Positions 10,033 to 17,605 are shown, numbered from the stretch's first letter. The stretch is DNA of 20,000 nucleotides from an uncultured virus (IMG/VR IMGVR_UViG_3300047157_000170) (IMGVR_UViG_3300047157_000170), one strand, 5' to 3'. Notes: a model not told the origin generated them from the sequence alone. Program-made: numbers and translations.

Positions 10033-10685
10033 ATGTTTTTAATTTCAGAACAACAATCAGAAGAAGTAAATCTTATTACTGAGGTTAATAAAAATGGTGG
10101 TAAGGATACTTTCATTGAAGGTGTTTTTCTCCAAACAAATTTAAAAAACAGAAATGGTCGTGTTTACCCAATGGATATCATGGAAAATGAGGTAAATCGA
10201 TACAATAAAGAATTCATTAAGAAGAATCGTGCATATGGGGAACTGGGACATCCAGAAGGCGCCCTACCATCAATTTAGAAAGAGTTAGTCATTTGATTAC
10301 CTCTTTAGAGAAAGATGGTAACAATTTTGTCGGTAAGGCAAAAATAATGAATACTCCAATGGGTAATATAGTTAAAGGACTGTTGAATGATGGTGCTAAA
10401 CTAGGCGTGTCCAGTAGGGGTATGGGGTCAGTATCCCAGAAAAACGATGCACAATATGTCCAGAAAGATTTCATGCTTGCAACTGCAGCTGATATCGTGG
10501 CAGACCCTTCTGCACCAGATGCTTTTGTAGATGGTATTATGGAAGGTGTTGAGTGGATAAATGAAAGCGGTGTAATTAAAGCCGTAGAGATTGAATCATG
10601 GAAAGACCAGATTCGACAAACCAAACAGCGCCAATTGGATGAGAAGAAATTAGAAATTATGAAAAGTTTCTTCTCTAAACTATAA
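10033..10685 (+). CDS. gp21: Prohead protease gp21 (2 nt insertion at ~10260-10262; probable sequencing error)
   Basis: IEGVFLQ..KNRNGRVYP, AYGELGHP, LGVSSRGMGS and DIVADPSAPDAFV. Deleting 2 nt from GAAGGCGCCCT restores the conserved HPEGPTINLERVSH. Confidence 0.93.
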
Positions 10686-10689
10686 AAGT

Positions 10690-10697
10690 TATAAATA
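10690..10697 (+). promoter_or_regulatory. T4 late promoter TATAAATA upstream of gp22
   Basis: Exact consensus in the intergenic region. Confidence 0.8.
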
Positions 10698-10763
10698 CAT
10701 AGTAAAGAACAAATAATTCGTTCTTAATTTGTAATTATAGAAATTTACATAGGGGATAAACAC

Positions 10764-12103
10764 ATGTCAGATGAAATTAAAAATCAAGACGAAGTAATGG
10801 AAGCGTCAGCTCCTGTTGCTAATAAGGGTGTTGTTACTCCAGAAAAAGACCCAGAGAAATCTTCTCTTGCATCTGTTGATAAAGCAGGTGATGCTACTAA
10901 ACCTAGCAAAAAGAGAAAAGGTGATAAAGACCAAAAAGATGCACCTCAAAAATTATCAGCTTCTTATAAAGAAGATACAGATAGTGAAGAGGAAATCGTA
11001 GTTGAAGATTTAACTAAGATGGAAGCATTAAGGAAAATCATTGAAGAACTCAAAGGTTTTGAAAAGGAAGACATCCAGTCCTTAGTCAATGAAATGATGA
11101 AGAAAGATGACGAAGATGAAGACGATGAAGATGAAGATGAAAAATCTGAGTCAACAAAGGCTGACCTTCTAAAGAAAATTGCTGAACATTTCAAATCAGA
11201 GGACGAAGAAGTTGTGAAAGAATCTTTAACTGCAATCTTAGAAGCATCTCATAAAAGATGACGAAGAAGACGAAGACGAAGAAGAGATGGATGAAGCTAC
11301 TAAGAAAGAAGCTTCTGACGAAGATGACGAAGACGAAGACGAAGACGAAGATGAAAAATCTGAATCTTACGACATGTCAGACGACATCGATGCTCTAGTC
11401 GGTGGTGAAGACCTTTCAGAAGAATTCAAATCAAAAGCAAAAAACAGTTTTCCAAGCTGCTGTATCTGCAAAAGTTAGTGAAATCAAAGAAAACCTTGAA
11501 TCTCAAAAGAGAGACGAGATTGTTGAAGCATCTAACGAACTTAAAGAAGAGTTAATCAATAAGGTTGATTCATTCTTAGGTTATGTTGCAGAAGAGTGGG
11601 TTAAAGATAACGAACTTGCAATTGAAAGAGGACTTAAGTCTGAGTTAACAGAAAACTTTATACAAGGACTTAAATCATTATTTGAAGACCATTATGTTGA
11701 AGTTCCAGACGACAAATTAGATGTTGTTGACGAACTTGCAAGTAAAATCGAAGAAGTAGAAGCTAAACTAAATGAAGAAGTTTCTAAAAACATCGATTTA
11801 TCTCAAGAAAGAGATGAACTTGTTAGAACACAAGTGGTTGGACAGGTTTCCAAAGACCTCACTGAAAGTGAAGTCGAGAAACTTACAAAGTTAATTGAAG
11901 ACATCGACCAAGATGAAGATTTTGAGTCTAATGTTAAAACAATTAAGGAATCTTACTTTAGTGACTCTAAAGAGACATTACAGTTAGATGAAGAAGTGGT
12001 TAGTGATAGCGATGAAAATACTTCGACCAAGGTAAACCTTGACCCAAGTATGGCTGCATATTCTGCCGCATTAGGAAAAGTTGACCCTAACAAATATAGA
12101 TAG
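10764..12103 (+). CDS. gp22: Prohead scaffold protein gp22 (two extra A residues in homopolymers at ~11253-11256 and ~11439-11444)
   Basis: EDLSEEFKSKAKTVFQAAV, VDSFLGYVAEEWVKDNELAIERGLKSELTENFIQGLKSLFEDHYVEVP and C-terminal MAAYSAAL. Three ORF pieces join on removing one A at each site. Confidence 0.9.
11101..11367 (+). repeat. Acidic low-complexity GAA/GAC/GAT tracts; two of them end in ..DEDEKSES
   Basis: GAAGATGAAAAATCTGA occurs at ~11132 and ~11347, each after a (GAAGAY)n run; a third acidic tract lies at ~11257-11286. Confidence 0.8.
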
Positions 12104-12112
12104 GTCAATTTT
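12081..12112 (+). other. Stem-loop spanning the gp22 stop, upstream of gp23
   Basis: TTGACC(C)TA ... TAGGTCAA inverted repeat followed by TTTT; could be a terminator or an mRNA processing/stability element. Confidence 0.35.
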
Positions 12113-12151
12113 AAATATTAACACTTTTTAAAAATTAAGGGGATACATAAA

Positions 12152-13210
12152 ATGTTTATGTCAGAAACTTTACAAGAGAAGTGGCAGCCAGTATTGAGTC
12201 ATCCAGATTTACCAGAAATCACTGACCCATACAAAAAAGCTGTAACTTCTGTGGTTCTTGAGAACCAAGAAAGAGCCTTTAACGAAGAAAATGGAATCCA
12301 AGGATTAACTGAGGATGCACCAATCAATAACGCTGGTGGCGCTGTTGGTGGAACAGGTGTAGACAACTGGAATCCTATTCTAATTTCTTTAGTTCGTAGG
12401 TCTCTTCCAAACCTAATCGCATACGACATCTGTGGTGTGCAACCAATGACTGGCCCCTACAGGATTAGTATTCTGTATGAAGGCTAGATATAACGATAAT
12501 ACTTCAAGACTTGCAATGTCAGAAGCATTATTTAACGAAGCTGATTCAGATTTCTCTGGAGCAGGAACACAAGCAGGTACAGACCCATTCGGTGATGCAG
12601 CTGCTTATGCAACTGGTACTGGTATGACTACTGGTGCGGCAGAAGCAAAAGGTGACAGTGCGTCAAACGCATTTGCATCTATGGCTTTCACAATTGAGAA
12701 AGCAACTGTTACTGCTAAGTCTAGAGCTCTTAAAGCTGAATACACAATCGAACTTGCACAAGACCTTAAAGCAATTCATGGTCTTGACGCTGAAACAGAA
12801 CTTGCAAATATCTTATCTGCTGAAATCTTAGCTGAAATCAACAGAGAAGTTGTAAGAACTGTTAACTTGCAAGCAAAAGCTGGTGCTCAAACTGGTGTTG
12901 CTAACGCAGGTAGATTCGACCTAGATGTTGATTCATCTGGTAGATGGTCAGTTGAGAAGTTCAAAGGCATGCTTTTCCAAATTGAGAGAGATGCTAATGT
13001 AATCGCAAGAGAGTCAAGAAGAGGAAAAGGTAACTTTATCCTTTGTTCTTCTGATGTAGCTTCTGCATTGTCAATGGCAGGAATGCTTGACTATGCTCCA
13101 GCACTTAACACTGAATTAACAGTTGACGATGCTGGTAACACTTTTGTTGGTGTTCTAAATGGTAAGTACAAAGTGTACATTGACCCATATTACACTCTTG
13201 ACCCAGTAAG
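12152..13210 (+). CDS. gp23: Major capsid protein gp23: extra C at ~12454-12457, and truncated at ~13210 (C-terminal part absent)
   Basis: LQEKWQPVL, PILISLVRRSLPNLIAYDICGVQPMTGPTGLVF, KSRALKAEYTIELAQDLKAIHGLDAETELANILS, GRWSVEKFKG and KVYIDPY. The usual downstream DAGxFYCPYVPL / FQPKIGFKTRYG segment is missing. Confidence 0.93.
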
Positions 13211-13310
13211 CGGAAGTAGGAAGATAGGAAAACCTCTTTCTTTAAAATTTAAAGAAAGGCAAGCAAGTACCGATAAGGGAACGAGACCGAATATCTACCG
13301 AAGGAACGCG
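13211..13310 (+). ncRNA. Glutamine riboswitch-like RNA (glnA / Downstream-peptide family): 3' portion with expanded P3
   Basis: CGGAAGTAGG...CCGAAGGAACGCG matches the conserved GGAAGUA..GAAG(G/C)AACG core (loop E AGUA/GAA plus the 3' strand of P1). P3 pairs GG/CC and AGATA/TATCT. An RBS and YRG peptide follow. The 5' P1 strand and P2 are not found. Confidence 0.7.
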
Positions 13311-13373
13311 TTGAGAAGGGTGTATATCGTTAGGATGCATGTACGAAATCGAAACGAAAACTGGAGGCACGAT

Positions 13374-13403
13374 ATGACTACTTATAGAGGTATCAAAGTC
13401 ACA
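13374..13403 (+). CDS. Start of a YRG-motif small peptide (DUF4278-like), MTTYRGIKVT, running in frame into the gp3 fragment
   Basis: GGAGG at 13363-13367 and ATG at 13374; an N-terminal YRG motif is characteristic of peptides downstream of glutamine riboswitches. Confidence 0.65.
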
Positions 13404-13703
13404 TGGATGTCTCAACTTACTAGTTCTACAGACCCAGAGAAGTTTAGAAGTCTTGTAGGTGCAAATAGAAGAGCAGATTTACCATATGATGGTAGTGGTG
13501 ATTACGATGCATTGTATTCAGATATGACAATCGTAGTGACTACAGCTGCAAATAATCCCAATAGATATATAAGAATAGAAGGTGCATTTCCTACATCGTT
13601 AGGTGAAATTACAATGGATACTACTGTAGCAGGTGGTTTATCATATGTAACTTGTACTGCATCTTTCCAATTTACAAACTTTGAAATAGCATCCACATCA
13701 TAA
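13404..13703 (+). pseudogene. gp3: C-terminal half of tail tube terminator/tail completion protein gp3 (N-terminus absent)
   Basis: WM...LYSDMTIVVTTAANNP...AFPTSLGEITMD...YVTCTASFQFTNFEI matches the gp3 C-terminus; position immediately before uvsY is canonical. Confidence 0.8.
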
Positions 13704-13709
13704 AATAAG

Positions 13710-13737
13710 TGGACAAATACCAGTTTAATGGTATAAT
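13710..13737 (+). promoter_or_regulatory. Sigma70-like early promoter for uvsY
   Basis: TGGACA (13710-15), 16 nt spacer, TGn-extended TATAAT (13732-37). Confidence 0.7.
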
Positions 13738-13743
13738 TATAGT

Positions 13744-14193
13744 ATGACATTAGAACAAATACAATCTATGTGGAAGGAAGATTCTGTAATCGACCAAATC
13801 GATTTAGATAAGGCATCTTTACAGACACCCTCTCTACATGCAAAATATCTAGAACTCCTAAACGAAAAGAGACTATCTCTTAAATCGTATGAGGTCAAGT
13901 ATAATCAACTTTTAAAGACTAAGTGGATGTGGTACACTGATAAGTTATCTAAAGAGGAAATAGATGACTTAGGGTGGTCTTACGACCCATTTGATGGGTA
14001 CAACAAACCTTTAAAGTCTGATTATAGTTATTACTTCAATGCAGATAAAGATTTGTCTGATATGAAACTAAAAGTCGAATATCTTACAGAGTGTGTAGAT
14101 GCTTTGAAAGAGATACTAAATATTATCACATGGAGACATCAATCAATAAAGAATGCAATTGATTGGTTAAAATTTACTAACCCAGCTGGTTAA
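13744..14193 (+). CDS. uvsY: Recombination mediator UvsY
   Basis: MTLEQIQSMWKEDSVID, SLQTPSLHAKYL and WRHQSIKNAIDWLKF; position between gp3 and uvsW. Confidence 0.92.
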   Translation: MTLEQIQSMWKEDSVIDQIDLDKASLQTPSLHAKYLELLNEKRLSLKSYEVKYNQLLKTKWMWYTDKLSKEEIDDLGWSYDPFDGYNKPLKSDYSYYFNADKDLSDMKLKVEYLTECVDALKEILNIITWRHQSIKNAIDWLKFTNPAG

Positions 14194-14199
14194 TACATT

Positions 14200-14865
14200 A
14201 TGCCCTCATTTCTTCCAGAACCTTTAATCATACAGTCTCGTGCAATATCACCAGATATATGTAATGAAATTATACAGTTGGGTTTAGAAAAATCTGAATT
14301 AAGTTTTGGACAAATTGGTGGTGGTGATGATGGATTTGAAGAACATAAAACTCGTAAATCTGGTGTGGGATGGATGGATAGAAATGCAGTACTCTCAGAT
14401 GGTAAATCATTATTTGACCACATTACACCAGTAATTAGAGATGTTAATTCAGAATCTTTTAAGTTTGATTTAAATTATCATGAATCATATCAGTTTACAG
14501 TATATAAAGCACCAGATGAACATTATGAGTGGCATTGTGATGGACATTTTATACCTTACACAGAAGAAGAATGTAAGAATGACCCAGATGCAGAATCAAG
14601 AATTGGTGGATATAGAAAACTTTCATATAGTGTAAATCTTACACATCCTAATGAATATGAGGGTGGTCATTTTGAATATGTTGATGCATATGGAGTAAAT
14701 CCATTAAATGACCCAGAAAGGTCAGTCATGAGAGTTCCACAAAGTGCAAGAGAACAAGGAAGTATAATCATATTTCCATCTTTTGTATATCACAGAGTAA
14801 CACCAGTAACACATGGTAGGAGACATTCCTTAGTAGGATGGATAGCAGGGCCGACATTCAGATAA
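14200..14865 (+). CDS. 2OG-Fe(II) oxygenase (prolyl-4-hydroxylase/PKHD-like)
   Basis: HxD (WHCDG), RKLS, YEGG, and FPSFVYHRVTPVTHGRRHSLVGW with the distal His and the 2OG-binding RxS. Confidence 0.92.
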   Translation: MPSFLPEPLIIQSRAISPDICNEIIQLGLEKSELSFGQIGGGDDGFEEHKTRKSGVGWMDRNAVLSDGKSLFDHITPVIRDVNSESFKFDLNYHESYQFTVYKAPDEHYEWHCDGHFIPYTEEECKNDPDAESRIGGYRKLSYSVNLTHPNEYEGGHFEYVDAYGVNPLNDPERSVMRVPQSAREQGSIIIFPSFVYHRVTPVTHGRRHSLVGWIAGPTFR

Positions 14866-16271
14866 CCAAAATCGACAATACTCATATAAAGGTAGATGCA
14901 GATGAATCTATCAAAAGAGAGTTGTCTGATTATTTTACTTTCCCAGTGCCTGGCGCAAAGTTCATGCCATCTGTACGAAATAAGTATTGGGATGGTAATA
15001 TAAGACTATTTGCACAAACTACTGGTAAGTTGTATGTTGGTTTATACTATGCACTAGAACAATTTGCAAAAGACCGAGACTACAACATGGAAGGTTATCA
15101 GTGGGAAACTGATATAGAATATCCAGACTTTACCGATGGATTAAACATGGGATTTCCTTTGAGAGACTATCAAGTGGATGCAGTAACAAGAGGTATTAAA
15201 TATAGAAGACAATTGTTAGTATCTCCAACTGCAAGTGGTAAGTCTGCAATCATATATTGTATTGCAAGACATTTCATATCTATGCATAAAAAGAGAGTGT
15301 TGGTAATCGTACCTACAACATCACTAGTAGAACAAATGTCAAAAGACTTTGCAGATTATGGGTATGATAGACCTATTGATAAGATGTATGGTGGTGCAAA
15401 GGTAGGAGATACCGATATAGTAGTAACTACTTGGCAGACCCTATCCAAAATGCCGAAATCGTTCTACGATGGTTTTGGTGCAGTGTTTGGTGATGAAGCA
15501 CACTTATTCAAAGCAAAAGTACTTACTGGTATTATGGAGAAGATGAAAGATATTGGTCATAGGTGGGGATTAACTGGTACATTAGATGATACTCAAACAC
15601 ATAAGTTAGTACTAGAAGGTTTGTTTGGCCCTACACATTATGTGACTACTAGTGCAGACCTTATGGATGAAGGTATCCTTGCAGAGTTAGATATACAATG
15701 TTTAGTATTAAAATATCCACCAGAGGTATCTAAAGAAGTTGTATCTATGGATTATCCTAGAGAAATGGAATTCCTTGCTGGTAATGAAAAACGAACACAA
15801 TTTATAAAGAACCTTACATTAGGTCAGAAAGGAAATACATTAATACTATTTCAATATGTAGATAAACATGGTAGGAAAATATACGAGACATTTCAAAAAT
15901 CTGGTATTAAATCGTTTTTTATCTATGGTGGAACAGATACAATCAATAGAGAAAAGGTCAGAGAGTTGATGGAAAAGGAAGAAGGATGTGTAATCATTGC
16001 ATCATATGGTACTTTTTCTACAGGTATAAATATTAAGAACCTACACAACATTGTGTTTGCAAGTCCTAGTAAATCTAAGATTCGTGTATTACAATCAATT
16101 GGTAGGGTTCTGAGAACAAGTAAAGATAAAGTCAATGCAACTCTTTTTGATATTGCAGATGACTTAAGTTATAAAAAGAAAGAGAATTATACTCTTAGAC
16201 ACTTTAAAGAACGAATAAATACATATAGTAAAGAAAAATTTAAATATACAATACATGAGGTAAAGTTTTGA
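14838..16271 (+). CDS. uvsW: SF2 DNA helicase UvsW
   Basis: WDGNIRLF, LRDYQ, SPTASGKS, DEAH, GLTGT, SYGTFSTGINIKNLHN and LQSIGRVLR. Confidence 0.96.
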   Translation: MDSRADIQITKIDNTHIKVDADESIKRELSDYFTFPVPGAKFMPSVRNKYWDGNIRLFAQTTGKLYVGLYYALEQFAKDRDYNMEGYQWETDIEYPDFTDGLNMGFPLRDYQVDAVTRGIKYRRQLLVSPTASGKSAIIYCIARHFISMHKKRVLVIVPTTSLVEQMSKDFADYGYDRPIDKMYGGAKVGDTDIVVTTWQTLSKMPKSFYDGFGAVFGDEAHLFKAKVLTGIMEKMKDIGHRWGLTGTLDDTQTHKLVLEGLFGPTHYVTTSADLMDEGILAELDIQCLVLKYPPEVSKEVVSMDYPREMEFLAGNEKRTQFIKNLTLGQKGNTLILFQYVDKHGRKIYETFQKSGIKSFFIYGGTDTINREKVRELMEKEEGCVIIASYGTFSTGINIKNLHNIVFASPSKSKIRVLQSIGRVLRTSKDKVNATLFDIADDLSYKKKENYTLRHFKERINTYSKEKFKYTIHEVKF

Positions 16272-16459
16272 AATGGTATGATATATTATGGGGTCAGAAA
16301 CCAGAAGATACTTGGAAGAGTCCAGACCCAGAAGAAGTGACTATTGATAATGCATACAAAACAAGATGGATATGGTATCATACAATTTTAGCAATAGGAA
16401 TCTTCATGTCTAATATATTATTAATCGCAATCTTACTACTACTTGCAATAAAGCTATGA
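16268..16459 (+). CDS. Small hypothetical membrane protein (C-terminal TM)
   Basis: 63 aa, TTG start with GAGG RBS; 4 nt overlaps with both neighbours; long hydrophobic C-terminus. Confidence 0.7.
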   Translation: MKWYDILWGQKPEDTWKSPDPEEVTIDNAYKTRWIWYHTILAIGIFMSNILLIAILLLLAIKL

Positions 16460-16911
16460 ACCAATACAGATACATAAAACTAAGAAATGGTGAAGACATC
16501 GTTTCAATGATAACTGTTCAACAAGAAAATGGAACAGTAGAAATGACACTTCCATGTAACATTGGTCTTTCACCATCGGTTACAGGTAAGGGTTCAGTTA
16601 TTAAATTATCCCCTTTAGTTCCTTTTACTAAAGATAACAAGATTGTTATTGCAGCTTCTGAGATAGTTTATACAACAACTATCGGTGACGAATTCATTGC
16701 ATTTTATGATAAAGCAATTAAAGATTGGGTTCATCTTAGAGACGAAGTAGGATTGGATGTAATGTCCCCTAAACAAGAATTAGATAAAGGTGCAGATGCA
16801 CTTGCACGAATGACCGAGATAATGAAGGACAGACTCCTTCCAGAGGAAGAATTATCATTTGAAGAAGAACTGGACTTAATGGATTATGAAGATAAGAAGG
16901 TACTCCATTAA
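16456..16911 (+). CDS. T4-like hypothetical protein upstream of gp55, probable Sm-like N-terminal domain
   Basis: YIKLRNGEDIVS ... LSPLVPF pattern and an acidic tail ending KKVLH; position between uvsW and gp55. Confidence 0.7.
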   Translation: MNQYRYIKLRNGEDIVSMITVQQENGTVEMTLPCNIGLSPSVTGKGSVIKLSPLVPFTKDNKIVIAASEIVYTTTIGDEFIAFYDKAIKDWVHLRDEVGLDVMSPKQELDKGADALARMTEIMKDRLLPEEELSFEEELDLMDYEDKKVLH

Positions 16912-16944
16912 TATGTATTCTCTTGTTTCCCACGATACATATCT

Positions 16945-16973
16945 AGGGTAGCATGAGATTTAACTTCTGTCAA
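16945..16973 (-). promoter_or_regulatory. Minus-strand sigma70-like promoter (antisense to the upstream operon)
   Basis: Reverse complement reads TTGACA-17 nt-TACCCT with a TGn extension. Confidence 0.55.
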
Positions 16974-17007
16974 GTCTTTTTTATCAAAAAAGATAAATTA
17001 TTTTTAC

Positions 17008-17035
17008 TTGACAAATAACGATATAATGAGATAAT
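17008..17035 (+). promoter_or_regulatory. Sigma70-like promoter for gp55
   Basis: TTGACA (17008-13), 16 nt spacer, TGn-extended GATAAT (17030-35); AT-rich UP-like region upstream. Confidence 0.7.
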
Positions 17036-17041
17036 AGATAT

Positions 17042-17605
17042 ATGACTAAAAGGACTAAAGCAAAACCAGAACATTATGTAAATAATAAAGAGTTTACAGC
17101 TGCAATATCTGAACACAATAGAGCAGTAAAGGATGCAGTTGCAAAAGGAATTGAACCACCAAGGGTATCAGAATACATTGGAGAATGTATCTATAAGATT
17201 GCAACGAGACTATCAACAAAACCAAACTTCATTAACTATTCATATAGAGATGAAATGATTTGTGATGGTATCGAAAACTGTTTACAATACATAAATAATT
17301 TCAACCCAGAAAAATCGCAAAATGCATTTGCCTATATAACCCAAATTATATACTATGCATTCCTAAGAAGAATTCAAAAAGAAAAGAAACAAGCTGCAAT
17401 CAAACATAAGGCAATCATGAATAGTGGTGTTCTTACCGATGCAGTAAGTAGTATGGAAGGAGACAATACAGTTTACGATAACTCATATGTCGAATTCCTA
17501 CAAAACAACCTTGAAGAACCAAACTACAAACCTAGAGGTAAAAAGAAAGAGAAAGACAATCGACCAGTAGGTGTAGAAAAATATTTTAATACAAATAAAA
17601 AATAA
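17042..17605 (+). CDS. gp55: Late transcription sigma factor gp55
   Basis: HYVNNKEF, YIGECIYKIATRLSTKPNFINYSYRDEMICDGIENC and AFAYITQIIYYAFLRRIQKEKKQ. Confidence 0.97.
   Translation: MTKRTKAKPEHYVNNKEFTAAISEHNRAVKDAVAKGIEPPRVSEYIGECIYKIATRLSTKPNFINYSYRDEMICDGIENCLQYINNFNPEKSQNAFAYITQIIYYAFLRRIQKEKKQAAIKHKAIMNSGVLTDAVSSMEGDNTVYDNSYVEFLQNNLEEPNYKPRGKKKEKDNRPVGVEKYFNTNKK

Noticed and set aside
11101..11367. CRISPR-like or other non-coding repeat array
   Set aside because: The repeats are in-frame Asp/Glu codon runs inside gp22, with no repeat-spacer structure.
6534..12487. Programmed ribosomal frameshifting in gp18, gp21, gp22 or gp23
   Set aside because: The breaks fall inside conserved motifs of essential high-copy proteins, lack slippery heptamers or shift-prone stops, and are fixed by removing 1-2 nt. 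Sequencing error is far more likely.
13264..13282. Similarity of CAAGTACCGATAAGGGAAC to large-subunit rRNA (AGTACCGTGAGGGAAAG)
   Set aside because: The match is under 20 nt with no flanking rRNA similarity; a shared loop-E motif explains it.
13211..13403. Group I intron or intein interrupting gp23
   Set aside because: gp23 sequence does not resume afterwards, and I see no group I core elements, homing endonuclease or intein motifs.
12477..13703. The 408 aa ORF as a genuine novel capsid-tail fusion protein
   Set aside because: Its start is created by a frameshift, its middle is read-through of an RNA element, and both structural halves lack essential parts.
3404..16032. Intragenic TATAAATA matches at 3404-3411 (in gp16) and 16025-16032 (in uvsW)
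   Set aside because: Chance matches are plausible in AT-rich coding DNA. The gp16 one could drive gp17, but the sequence alone cannot support this.
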